Shown here piece after piece: positions 41,285 through 56,988 of a DNA stretch of 64,000 bases. The notes beneath the pieces were generated by a model. It worked only from the letters and a program-made list of their open reading frames with translations. It was not told where the DNA came from and searched no databases. The DNA is taken from positions 88,846,001 to 88,910,000 of the forward strand of contig OX597816.1 in assembly GCA_951406725.2 (NCBI GenBank). Reading direction: 5' to 3'. Position 1 is the stretch's first letter; the number at the start of each line of letters is the position of its first letter. The position numbers and the translations under genes are program-made. The stretch is from Octopus vulgaris. Taxonomy: Eukaryota.

Positions 41285-41360
<76 letters not shown>

Positions 41361-41725
41361 GTGTGTGTGTGTCTGTGTGTGTGTCTGTGTGTGTCTGTGT
41401 GTGTGTATGTGTGTATGTATGTATGTATGTATATAAATGTATGTATGTATTTATATATAAACATATTTGTGTGTGTGTGTGAATTCTTATGTGTAAATAA
41501 TGAACAACTTGCAATTCTCTCTGATAAGATTAATGTTTCTAAAATGGATAAAGAAATATATTCAGTACGATGGTAGAACACCTGCCATAGCTACAGGAGT
41601 TGCAAGTTTGAGTCCTCTGGCAGCGTTCGAATTTTTCTATCCAAAACGGCTTTTCAACTTATTATTTTACTATTTTCCTGATATCGCACTTCGAAAACCT
41701 ATTGCAAAAATGTTATAGTTAAACA

Positions 41726-41773
<48 letters not shown>

Positions 41774-41987
41774 AATGTGTGACCGCGTAACTATTCGATT
41801 CTAGTGTTCATGTGCCAATAAAAAAGACTACTTCGCTGAAACATACACACCCATACACGCAGGCATGCACATATATATAAATGTATCATATATATGTATA
41901 TATGAATGTATGTATGTATGTATGTATGTATGTATGTATGTATGTATGTATGTGTGTGTGTATGTATGTATGTATGTATGTAGGTAT

Positions 41988-42018
<31 letters not shown>

Positions 42019-42022
42019 CACT

Positions 42023-42088
<66 letters not shown>

Positions 42089-42578
42089 ATTTTGCTCTAC
42101 TTTTATCAAATATTTTACCAATTTTGTAATTATAAGGTTTCATGAGTGAGAAAATATATTGCTAGTTTTCACTGACTTTTATCACGTGCCATAAGTTCCT
42201 TTTCCACTTACTTTTTGATAAGAATATTACTATTATGATATATTTATTGTGATTGTGTACATATGTATTTATACATATAGAAATACATTAATATATATAC
42301 ACATGTACGCAGGCACAGATGCACTCATTCACGCACGCATACGCACACACGCTTGTGCGCACACTGAAGATGCACATATATATGCATATGTGTTTCTGAC
42401 AGATATAGATGGTTTCCTCGAGATTTGTGCTAGTCTGGATCAGCAAATATTGTATGGTTACTATAAAAGTATAATTATTTAAGTTACAAAACTGATTAGA
42501 GCATAAAATCTTAACGCTTCGTAAACCACTTATTTTTCTGGCAAAGACAAAATAGACGAATCAAAAACAAAGTTATAC

Positions 42579-42918
42579 ATGGGGCGCCACTGCATGGTGC
42601 CAAAGATCCCAACATCACCATCAGAATACAGGACCAGATACAGCTTGGGTTTCAGGGGACCTCAGCTCTTCAATATCCTTCCTAAATGCCTGAGAGACCT
42701 GCACGGTGTGGATGTGAGTTTCTTTAAAACTAAACTGGATCTCTTCTTGTCAGGGATTCCAGATGAACCTACCTCTCGGCAGGAAACACAGATGCGGGCC
42801 GCGGCGTCGAATTCCATTGTTGACCAAGTGCCACGTATCAGAGGTGGTTTCACGTACTAGTGTAGCTCATTCAACGGTGGTGCCTCTGTATGGCTGCTGC
42901 AGTCGGGCTGAGACATTT
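42579..42918 (+). mobile_element. CR1-type LINE 3' end fragment
   Basis: RGPQLFNILPKCLRDL...FKTKLDLFLSGIPDEP, similar to the end of the 48300-50760 element; short 3' UTR. Confidence 0.85.
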
Positions 42919-42972
42919 TTAAGGATTTAAGGATTTATACATATTCAAATATGAGTTAGAAGCAGTTCGAGG

Positions 42973-43146
42973 AATATAAACAAAGTTGAACACACATACA
43001 CGAGGTGTGTTTATTGTTAGTTTGTTGGGCGGCTGCGTTTTGTAGGCGTAATGGCATTGAGAATATATTCTCTTACGCCTAAAAATCCAAGCCGCCCGAC
43101 AAATTAACACACTCCTCGTGTATTTGTGTGTTCGACTTTGTTTATA
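42973..43146. repeat. ~170-bp imperfect hairpin / fold-back
   Basis: atataaacaaagttgaacacac..tacacgagg...gggcggct...taggcgtaa pairs with ttacgccta...agccgccc...cctcgtgta..tgtgtgttcgactttgtttatat. Confidence 0.85.
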
Positions 43147-43158
43147 TATATGTATGCA

Positions 43159-43195
<37 letters not shown>

Positions 43196-43207
43196 ACGTG
43201 TGTAAGT

Positions 43208-43565
43208 GAAGGCGCATGGTTCAGTGGTTAGTGCGTCGAGCTCACGATCTTGAGGTTGTGAGTTCGATTCCTGGACAAGCTGCATTTTGTGTTCTAGAGC
43301 AAGACACTATATTTCACTTTGCTCCAGTTCATTCAGCTGTAGAAATGAATTGCGACGTCACTGGTGCCAATCTGTATCGGTCTTTGCCTTCCCCTTGGAT
43401 AACATCGGTGTCGTGGAGAGGTATGGCTGGTATACATGGGTGACTGCTGGCCTTCCATAAAAACAACCCTAGGTTGTGCGTTCGCAGGTGAGGCGACTTT
43501 CTGCTCAGAATTGTACTCCGGAGTGGAACCTCTTAGGTGCACCAAAGACAATTCGTGACGGACGG
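43208..43565 (+). mobile_element. tRNA-derived SINE related to family C with a different 3' body
   Basis: ggcgcatggttcagtggttag...gagttcgattcctggac...gagcaagacactatatttcactttgctccagttcattcagctg. Confidence 0.8.
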
Positions 43566-44359
43566 AGTCGACTCCATTTATATACATAACACGTGATTTG
43601 CAGTTCCAGCGCCCACACAATTCGATTCTCCTATGCTACGCTATATATCCTTACATATATCACCACGCGTCTAAAAGCGAATTCCGCAGTATTAGACGTT
43701 AGCAAATAACAACAACGATTAATAGAATATAAATATCATCATGATATTAATACTTATTCAGTCGCTAATATTTATATTTTGATAAGCCTACTAGCTGTTT
43801 GCGGTACCAGTGTCAGAAGATCCACTGTTATTCCACATTGGCACAGAGATTTGGCTGACATGTAGGGTTAAACTGCTACCATCAAAAAAATCATAGTACT
43901 CTGAAATCAAGTGATAGGGGGTCCTGGTGCCAATAACACACAATTCACGTATGCTACGGTATATATCTCTGCTGATAGCACCATACCGCTACATGAGATG
44001 ACCTCTTAAGGTGAACCCTAGGTATCAGTATTCAACGTTCTAATAATTCATCATATTTATTCTTTAAGACGCCTAATACCATTTTCCGACACCAGTGAGT
44101 GAAAAGCCAGTTATTCAACATACCACTGGCAGTGAGACTTATCTGGTATATGAGCTTTAACGCCTGCTCCTGAAGAGGTGCAGCGCGCTGAAATCACGGA
44201 AAATTGACAGGTCTGGCACACATACTAGATGATTTTCTTCTGCTAAGATATATATCTTAGCTTGTTGCACGGTGTATCTATATGGGATGACCTCCCGAGG
44301 TGAACAACTCCGTATGCTACTATTTGACAATATCATATATATATATTCCAATTTCGTCG

Positions 44360-44605
44360 CCCTTTTCCCGGTTTCTGTGGCGTATGTGTCCCTCCTAGCT
44401 GGACGGGACGCTAGTCCATCGCAGCGTTACTCAAGTAACAGGAAGATAGAGTACAACATGGGTCGCCACCACCCACTGCCGGAGAGTCGTGGAGCTTTTA
44501 GGCGTTTTCGCTCAATAAACACACACAACACCTGGTCTGGGAATCGAAACCGCGATCCTCCGACCGCGAGTTCGTTGCCCAAAACACTGGGCCATTGCGC
44601 CTCCA
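44360..44605 (-). mobile_element. Chimeric SINE (family B head and body, family C tail)
   Basis: 44445-44605 matches the 1657 copy; 44360-44435 matches the 24520-24590 and 24775-24847 tails. Confidence 0.75.
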
Positions 44606-44662
44606 CACACACACACACCACACACATACACACACAAACACACATATATAGAAAGAGAGAGT

Positions 44663-44759
<97 letters not shown>

Positions 44760-44824
44760 TGTGTATATGTACATTTATATATACACATATCCAATAGTAC
44801 ATACATACATACATAGATGCATAC

Positions 44825-44857
<33 letters not shown>

Positions 44858-45256
44858 TGTATATATCGTTATTTCTAATTCTCTCTAAAGGAGACTACGG
44901 CAACGGTACTGGATATTAATAGTTATCGCCAAGCTAGCATGGCAGTCCAGATAAATAGGACGAATGCTGCCGTTGATTAGCATCAAGAGGCCATCGCTTC
45001 TAGGTAGCTATGTGACACACAAACCTGTGCCCATTATAACCTTCGAAAAGAAGAGAGATCCTGTCTGTTTGTCTCACAAAACATAATTGACGCACCGTCT
45101 CATTTATAAACGTGGGTGCTTTGTCCATTTTCACACTTTAACTATGTTGATGATAATGATGATGATGATGGTGTGGGCAGAGCTAAATGCTAAAGATTTA
45201 AAAGAATCGACACCTTTCAATCTCTCTCCCTCTCTCACTCTCCTTCCATCTCTCTC

Positions 45257-45434
45257 AGACAGACAGATTAAGTCGATTACATCGACCCCAGTGCGTAACT
45301 GGTACTTAATTTATCGACACCGAAAGGATGAAAGGCAAAGTCGACCTCGACGGAATTTCAACTCAGAACGTAACGGCAGACGAAATACGGCTATGCATTT
45401 CGCCCGACGTGCTAACGTTTCTGCCAGCTCGCCC
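45257..45434 (-). mobile_element. SINE family A
   Basis: Reverse complement of the family A consensus. Confidence 0.9.
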
Positions 45435-46344
45435 CTTATGGAAGTATATATTAACGGTATATAATTTTGATATATGTAAATTTTTGTGTTGTTGGCACAT
45501 TTACTGTGTTCCTACGTGTTAGTTTGAAATCGTATGTTATTTTACAATTTGATGCAAAACATTTCTTTTCTTTTCTTTCATTATTTATTATTACTTCATT
45601 TTTTTTTTCAATATTATAATTAGAAAATATTATTAAAAGGCCTGAAGCAATGCAAATTTAGTCATTGCGAAAAGAAAATAATCTCTTACTAAATAATTTA
45701 ATTTGAAGAAATTTAATACATAATTTGGATAAGGACTCTAAAATATAATTATCATCTTAAGTTCCAATAAATAAACAAAGTAGTGATTAGCACTTCCTGC
45801 AATTTATATAAACAGTAGGGTGATGACACCGATTCCTACCGAAGAAAATGTTATTATATTCGTCAAGATTTCAATAATTTTTAATTAAATTTGTTTAAAT
45901 ATATTTTATTAAATATAAGTAAGCAACTGATATCGGTGATAAATCGTGTTAAACCAGCGAGTTATATATATTTTGTAGTTATATTAGGTATATAAATAAA
46001 GGAACCATATTGAAGAGTGGGAGTTAAAGTGACATCAATTATCCAATAATATCGGGCTCACTATCTTTCCTGAAGATGGTTCTGTCTCTGAATCGTACAC
46101 AGTTCAGCTAGGTAACATAAACATTGAAGAATTGTATGTTGCTTTATCGATAATGAGTAATGACAACTGAAGACTGCCTGCATAAATTTGTAGAGTATAG
46201 AGAAATTATATGAAAATATTTCACTAACATTTAAATTTTAACTCTTCCAGGAGAAAGCTAGCATTCGGATACTTAGGATTTCAAAGAGCATATTTATTTC
46301 TGTACAGGGGTTGAATAGAATAAAAATATATTTTAACTATTCTC

Positions 46345-47022
46345 AGTGTGGAATGAAATTAAAAAATTTTTAAACATTGGCCGTGCATTTACAACTTCTA
46401 TTTTTCTAATATTCCTCAGCGTGTGGAATAAAGTTGAAACATACTTTAAATATTCCCAGTGTATTTTCAACTTCTATTTCTCCCAATATTTCTTCCAGTG
46501 TGGAAAAAAAAGTCCTAACCATTCTTAATGCATTTTCAACTTGTCTTTTTCTAATAATTCTTCCATTTTGGAATAAAATCAAATCGTATTTTAAGTATTC
46601 TCAGTGCATTTTAAACTTCTATTTTGTCCTATATTTCTACCGCGTGGAATAAAATATAGAAAACTATTCAAACTATTCTCAGCGCATTTTCAACTTCCAT
46701 TTTCCCAATATTTCTACCCGATTTGTATAAAATGAAAAAAAGAACTTAAATATTCCCAGTTCATTGTCAACTTCTATCTTAGCAATATTTATACCCGCTT
46801 GCAACAAAATTAGATAATTTTTTTAACTAATTCCCAGTGTATTCACAACTTCTATTTCTCTTATATTTCACCCCTTGTTAAATAAATTGAAAAATATTTC
46901 AACTCTTCCCAGTAGATTTTCATTTTCTAATTTTACAATATATTTCCGCTGTGAAATGTAAAAAATATATTTTAACTATTCACTATGCATTTTCAACATC
47001 TAATTTTCCAATATTTCTACAG
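46345..47022. repeat. Diverged ~75-bp tandem minisatellite, about 9 copies
   Basis: caacttcta-like anchors at ~46392, 46468, 46537, 46613, 46691, 46768, 46846, 46921 and 46994. Confidence 0.85.
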
Positions 47023-47520
47023 GTGTTTGTTGTTAACTCAACATTTCGTTTGATATATCCCCCAGCCTTCATCAGGTGTCTTGGGGAAATTTCGAACCTG
47101 GGATCTCATTCCTAAGGTATTTTTGATGTTATTATTATGTACTGCTTCCATCAGTTTTCGTGTTTTCCAGTGGTGTTCTCTGTCTATTATTTTAAGTTCA
47201 TCCAACAGAGGGAGGTGGTCTCCATTTTCCCATACATGATCAGCTATACCTAATTTATCAATATCTTCTCGTGTCACAGCTTTGCGATGTTCGTCTGCAC
47301 TTATTTTGAGAGGCCGGCATGTTTCACCTTTGTATAACGCAGTTTTTGGTCATATTCTCTCTTATTAGTGGTTTTACTCGAATGAGATATTTGCGAAGTG
47401 CTGTATTACACTTGAATAGATTTATAAGCCCTAAAATTCCACCAGGTTCGAAATTTCCCCAATACAGCTGATGAAGTCTGGAGGGCATAGAAGCTGAAAC
47501 GTTGTGTTAACAACAAACAA
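47023..47520 (-). mobile_element. PLE remnant: GIY-YIG fragment bracketed by inverted pseudo-LTR pieces, each with a hammerhead core
   Basis: YKGETCRPLKISADEHRKA...GIADHVWENGDH...IIDREHHWKTRKLMEA; 47023-47100 inverted at 47443-47519. Confidence 0.85.
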
Positions 47521-47704
47521 GATGAGGACAAATATCCGTCAAATGTAAATAATATTCTTCATTTTACATCCGAATACAGTGGGGCACAATTCTTTAGGTA
47601 TGCCATATGCATAATATAACGACACAGATAATAACATGTTTGTTTGTATTTGTTTTTATGTAAAACTTTCTATACGCTTTCGGTGTGATTCATTATTTAC
47701 CGGA

Positions 47705-48065
47705 TTGTGCCCTTGCTGGTGCATCGTGTTGAAGAACTTTTTTAGTCGAATGTATTGACCTCAGTAATTATTTCTTGTAAGCTTGGTACTTATTCTATCG
47801 ATCTACCTTACCGTACCGTTTGGAGATGGAGACATAACACACCGACACGGGTTGTCAAGCGGTACTGGAGCACAAATACGGACACAAAGACACACACACA
47901 TACATAAATACGATGGACTTCTTTCAGTTTCCGCCAACTAAATCCACTCACAAGCTCTGGTCGGTCCGAAGCTATATTAGTAGACACCTGCCGAAGGTAC
48001 CACACATTGAGACTCAACCGGGAAGGATGTAGTTGGGAAGCAAGCTACTAAGCACCACCACACAT
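47705..48065 (-). mobile_element. SINE family D, near full length, diverged
   Basis: gcttgcttcccaac...cttgtgagtggatttagttggcggaaactgaaagaag...cgcttgacaac...gatagaataagtacc. Confidence 0.7.
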
Positions 48066-48254
48066 GTGCCACACATCTACACCTCCGTCCATATATATAA
48101 CGGTTAAAATCATACCAATATGAGAACAATGAATGTAAGGCTGGCTGAATTTAAACTCAACTTTTTACTGCGCTCTGTTTAAAAAATTGCAGGTAATCAA
48201 CTGATTAAACCAGCCCCCACCCCCAATCGTATATATATATATATATATATATAA

Positions 48255-50856
<2,602 letters not shown>

Positions 50857-51534
50857 ATGTATAGCTTTTGGGGCTGGTTCAATGTGTTGATAGAGTGCAG
50901 TAAATAGCGGGATTGAAATTCAGCCTGTCTTACAGTCTTTGTTGTCACATGCCAGTATCAGTCTTTGTTGTTACATGCCGGTATCAGGACCGGCACTACC
51001 ACGGCAAAGTTACTGGACAATAGGTTTTTCCTTGTCTCGCAGAAGACAACAGTTAACCATACTTCAACAATATCATTGCCATATCGCCGAAATTTAAAAA
51101 GGTAAGATCATCTATTGATAGATATTAGTACCACAACTTAACAACTCTCACTAAAACTAAGTTAAAGTCAATTTGCACTTTTTCATAGGGTCTATCTTCT
51201 GCTTCGTAATTATTATATTCGGAACCAAATATATCGATTCATTAGCTAATTTGTAATTATTTTATTATCATCTCATGTAGAATGATTATCTTTATCTGTG
51301 CATAAATTATTTGCATAAATTATTCAATTACTCTCCTTATACGTATTTCAGTAAAGAATATGGTTGGATCATGCAACCCGAGTAAGATAACTTATCTAAT
51401 GCATAACATCATCAGAGATGAATAATTAGAAATGTTCCGTGATCCGGATTTCAAAATCCGACTATAATGTTCCACGGAACACGTGAAAGAAAATAACACA
51501 ATTATATTATTAACCAACTCTTCAGCTCCGTGTG

Positions 51535-51675
<141 letters not shown>

Positions 51676-51920
51676 GTACCCGTGCCCATGGATGTGTTTG
51701 GTCTATCCTACTACGCTCATATATCTTCTTTCTTATTGTCGTGTTGCTAAATAAATTTCATGGAAATTTGGTGGACGGCACACTATGGAGCATCGTTAAA
51801 TGGATTTAGCGCCTCTATGATACTCTTACTCCTTTGTCCTGTCAAAGATCACCACCTGATTCTTGGAAGTCTTTAAAGAAGCATTCAAGGTAGATTTCCA
51901 GTTTTACTACAAATCCTCAC

Positions 51921-51976
51921 CTTTCTTTCACCAGTCACGGATCGCATATATGGTGTAATGGGCGCTACCCTTCCGC
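51921..51976 (-). CDS. Candidate isolated 56-nt host exon (xGRVAPITPYMRSVTGERK)
   Basis: Acceptor ttttgtcacAG and donor AAG|GTgagg flank an open, non-repetitive, GC-elevated segment; no homology recognised. Confidence 0.25.
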
Positions 51977-52089
51977 CTGTGACAAAACGAGACGCACACA
52001 TACACATGGAAATACATGTATATTTATATACAAACGTAAGTATCTTTTTGTGTGTGTTTGTGTGTGTGTGTATGTGTGTGTGTGTATGT

Positions 52090-52136
<47 letters not shown>

Positions 52137-52429
52137 TGTATGAATCTGTATATTTTGTTTATACATACTTATAGCTAGTGCTATATTAACATTAACAATA
52201 CTAACGGAAGTCAAAGCTTCTCGCTTTTGCTTTATTTATATAATCAATTAATTTACACAATTGGCAACAGTTTAGTATTAGCTAATATTAAAATGTTTTA
52301 AGTACCAATAATGCTTAATAACATTCTTCGAATTTCTTTATACATTCTAAATACAAATATTTACAGCCATAAATATAAAATAACATCAGGAAGTTGTTAA
52401 TAACAATAATACTAACGACGACGACAACG

Positions 52430-52492
<63 letters not shown>

Positions 52493-52519
52493 GTTGTTGT
52501 TGTTGTTGTTGTTGTTGTT
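52430..52519. repeat. (ATT)n(GTT)n microsatellite
   Basis: Directly visible. Confidence 0.97.
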
Positions 52520-53230
52520 ATTTCTGTATTTATTTCGAGGTACATAGAAGATGACCACAGTCTCGAGTGTTATATGATGACTTGTTTTGCTTTTTTTCTT
52601 TAGTTTTATACCATTATTGTTCAAAGAAGAAAGAAGAGAATGAAAAAGCGAACAAATTTATAGAAAGAGAAAAAAGAAAAGAAGAGACAAAAAGCAGATC
52701 TGTCAAAGTGGAATAAATTGAAAATGTGTTAAAAGAATCGATCGATGTGTAAGAAGACAGAGCAAAGTTTTCGTTGAATAGTTATAGATTGGACAGATTG
52801 ATTAGATGGGGTTCATAGAACAAGAGGAAGATGTCAATACTTTCGCTTTTCTTTTCTTTCTTTTTTTTTAATTGTTTCAAGGAGGAGAGTAGGAAGGGTA
52901 TCTATGAAAGAAACATTATAAATGCAGAATAAAAAGAACTATCGAATAAAACGTCCCTCTAAAGCTAGCCATATCCTACTAATGTCCAAATCCAAATAAA
53001 TTATAACTCCAGATTGCTTAACTAGTATGGAGTACGTGTCTTAACGACAGTGAACATTAGAAAATTTGTAGTGAGCTATCTGGTAAACTTTGACAGTTGC
53101 TCATTTTGCGCCATTATTATATTTTGACAACATTTTTTGTTTGAAAGCTGATACATCTATTTCTTTATTCTAACTCATTTTACGCTTTATAAAGTATTTA
53201 TAAATCGTTTTGTGTTCTTTTTGTCTAGAA

Positions 53231-54277
53231 ATGGATAAGTCGGAAATTCGTACAGTTTTGAAATATGAATTCTTTCTTGGAAATACAGCATCACAAACAG
53301 CTTGGAATATTAATGGAGTATTTCAATCTAACGTTATTACACAGCAGAGAATATCAAATTGGTTTGCAAAATTAAATTTCGTTCTGGTAACTTTCATCTC
53401 ACAAATGAGTAACGCAGTCCACCAGGAACAAAAGTGGATGATGACGAACTGAAAATCAACTTCGATTCAGATCCATCTCAAAGTGCCCGCTTATTATTGT
53501 TGTTGTTTGGCGTTAGCAAGAAAACAATATTGATTCACCTAGTTCAAATCGGTAAAGTGAAAAAGTTGGATAAGTGGGTTCCACATGAACCCAATGAAAA
53601 TCAGAAACAGCAACGTTTGGAAGCCTGCATTATGCTACTTTCTCGTCACAAAAATGAATAATTTTTGAATCGAATTGTAACATGTTCAGCAAAATGGTTG
53701 GACAAAGACGGGCCACCAAAACAGTCCAAAAAGCAAAATTCATCAAAAGAAGCTGATGGTGGGTGTCTGGTGGTCGGGCGCAGTCGTGATTCATTATGCT
53801 TTCATTAAACTAGGCTCATCAATCTCGGCCGAAGTATATTGCATCCAACTGAACCAAATGATGCAGACATTTACAAAATCAGCCTAGATTAGTCAACAGA
53901 TCCACTTCTATTTCATTGCAAGACAACGCCAGAACACCCATCACAAAAATAACAGAAGCTGGAGTTCGAAGTTCTCCATCATCCACCGTACTCACCTGAT
54001 CTTGCCCCTACTGATTACCACTTCTTCCAGAATTTGGATAACTTTTTGATAGGAAAAAAAATAATTCCGACGATGCTGTAAAACAGGCTTTCCAAGATTT
54101 TATTGACTCTAGATTACCAGGCTTTTACAGTTCCAGGCTGGACAAGCTACCGCTGAAATGGCAAAATTGTATTGACAATATGGGTACTTACTTTGATGAA
54201 TAAAACTATTCCCTGTTTTATAAAACATTAGCAAACTTTTTTTCTTTTCTACAAATTTCATATTTGAAGACCTAATA
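53231..54277 (+). mobile_element. mariner transposase pseudogene with 3' TIR
   Basis: MDKSEIRTVLKYEF...KLDKWVPHE...KKLMVGVWW...LQDNA...HPPYSPDLAPTDYHFF...KWQNCID; frameshifts; TIR-like end ttcatatttgaagacctaa-TA. Confidence 0.93.
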
Positions 54278-55163
54278 TAATGTCGGAGAATGATACATTT
54301 TTTACGTAAAAGAAATCGGTAATAAAGTGTATGTGGATGCGAAAGTAAACTTGATTTCAGTGTTAAGGCATATTAAATAATAAACTTGGCTTTTCTATCA
54401 CCTGGCCTCGACATTCTAACTTCCCTGTAAGTTTTGGTGCAATAAGAAATATTTTTCATCGTGAAGATATACATCTACCAATTATTGATACCGAGATGAG
54501 TCTCGAACTGAACATTAGAAGCCTTCTGTTATTTCTTCTCTTAAGTAGGAAATATATTAACATACATTCACTCCACTAGAAAATATTCTCTGGATAGCAG
54601 CATTTTCTTTTCGTTATAATATATATAATATTTTTCGCAAATTCTCGCTCTCTACATATCTGTTCTAAACAATTCAAACGTAACGTTTTCTGTATATTTA
54701 CTGCAAAAACAATGTTCCTAACTTAAACTAAGTAGGAATTATCGAAGTGTCATCCGATTCCTTCAACCACTGACCATTTCACAAACCATTACTTATGCTA
54801 CATTTCTTCTTCATCGTTCTCTCCTCTACCTCCATTATTATGATCATACCCAGAATAAAATAAAAGCTAAAGTAATAACATTATCGTACGTACCATCATG
54901 TCTCAGAAGCTGGAGGGTGTCGGACACAAATTGCCAAACACTTTTCTTGATGCATATTCTAGGAATGTATTTCCTTGCTGATGTTCACCTTCTCACACTG
55001 GAATTGGGTAGATACAATAATGCTGTCTTGTTATTACGTCTTCGATGTATCTAAACCTGGTATTAACTTGGTGGACACTATCGTTCATACAAAATGCATA
55101 ATAATCTGCTGATTTCTCTCCGTCTGTCTGTCTCTGTCTCTCTTTCTCTCTCTCTCTCTCCCT

Positions 55164-55198
<35 letters not shown>

Positions 55199-55215
55199 AA
55201 TCTGTGTATTGATGC

Positions 55216-55316
<101 letters not shown>

Positions 55317-56860
55317 GTCTATAATATAATTATATTATATTTATTTCTCATAAAACGTACCTAGCAATGAGACTGAGTTAGCGTTATGGATTTTAGGTTA
55401 TTCCACCTCTATAATTATCAAATCCACTGAATTTCAGCAGCATCTACGTTCGTTTTGGTATCTTCCCTAGATCACCACAACAAAATCATGCGTCAAACTA
55501 TACACGACGTCCACAAAATAGTATATTGCAAATATTTTGAAACTGTTCCCAGATAATGTCCACAAACCACTTACACTGCGGTAAAAATAGTTATTTAATA
55601 TGAAACTTACCTCAAAATGCTACCATATGTGAAAGAAACATGTGACATCTACATCAGCAAATATCACAATGTATAATAAAGCTAACGCATACGTCAAAGA
55701 TAGAAGGCATAGAAAAAAAACTCAGTCTGGGAAATACAAGACCATATATCTAAACACTGTTCTATGACGCCAGTCACAAAAATATAAAATGGTGAGGAGA
55801 AACAACTATGACACTCCAACTGATTCTTCTGTACTGACCATCACCTCACTAAAGACAAAATGTACGTATGAGCTTGAATTCAACTATGTCTTTCTCTGAA
55901 CAATTATGATTCAATATATCTACTTGAAAAAGGGATTTTTATAATGATAAATCATGCATATTTGCCCTATTCACTATTTTCCCTTGCTCTGCACATTTAC
56001 CTGAGTAAGTTTTGTCAGCCATTCAAAGCAACTGTTACAATATTGTCTTTTATTGACCAATTTTATTTCCATAGTATAATGATTTCTTTCAAGAAACATC
56101 CTTATAATGTGATATTTCCCAGCCTTTTTTTTTTTTTGTACAAATTAATTAAACTCGGCCTCAATCTGCAATGGGTCTTTAAGAAATCTCTTTTGTATCA
56201 AGATTAGCAAACATGCAGTAGAGATATCGCTGTTAAAAATTAATTATTGTGCCTTTAAACTACTTATCACACAAGATATAATGACGGTTATGTTACAAGT
56301 TATATGCCTTGGATAATATATATTACGAACAAAGAAAACTGACTAGGCCAATCTACATTTATTAAATATTTGAAATCGGCATGCCACTTCCATATGGGTC
56401 AAAATTCCGAAACACCCGGTTCGTCTTCTGGCTCATTGAGATTACGTTGCTTAGCTAGTAACAGTTTCGATGTTTTCTTTCTGTTGTATTTTTGGTATAT
56501 GTATAATTATAATTTTTGTTATGTTGTTTATAGCCGTAAAGCTACGTGCTGTTATGCATGCATAATTCTTTGCTGTATTAATATAATGTCTTGCTTGATT
56601 CTGGTTTAGTAGACATACTCTAGGTTTTTCTTAATTAGAGCTCTAGCGCCCCCCCCTAAAATTGAGTGGTCTCAATGTTAATTGGAACGAAACCACTATG
56701 ATATTCTGGGTCATTTACTGACGAGGAAAAATGAAATGGGAATATTCTGCGTATCGTGTCTTTGCCTGAATATCCCGTCCGTTAACTTTCCGTCTGGTTT
56801 TCCGTTTTCTCTGCTTTCGTTCAATTTCTTCTGCTTGTTGTGTTCTTTTTGTTCAATCCT

Positions 56861-56904
<44 letters not shown>

Positions 56905-56956
56905 TGTGTGTGTGTGTGTGTGTTTGTGTGTGTGCATGCGTGCGTGTGTGCTTGCG

Positions 56957-56988
<32 letters not shown>

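Noticed and set aside
43208-43280. tRNA gene calls at SINE heads (also 1657, 24920-24990, 25245)
   Set aside because: The tRNA-like A/B boxes continue into SINE bodies and no proper acceptor stem is evident
46345-47022. 75-bp array as CRISPR or as a coding repeat
   Set aside because: Whole units are homologous and degenerate, lengths are not multiples of 3, and there is no continuous ORF
50933-50987. 26-bp direct duplication (also a 17-bp one at ~7840-7871)
   Set aside because: Ordinary slippage-type micro-duplications with no further structure
55611-55726. Minus-strand segment with strong AG and GTAAGT splice-like signals
   Set aside because: Stops in all three frames; no support for a coding exon
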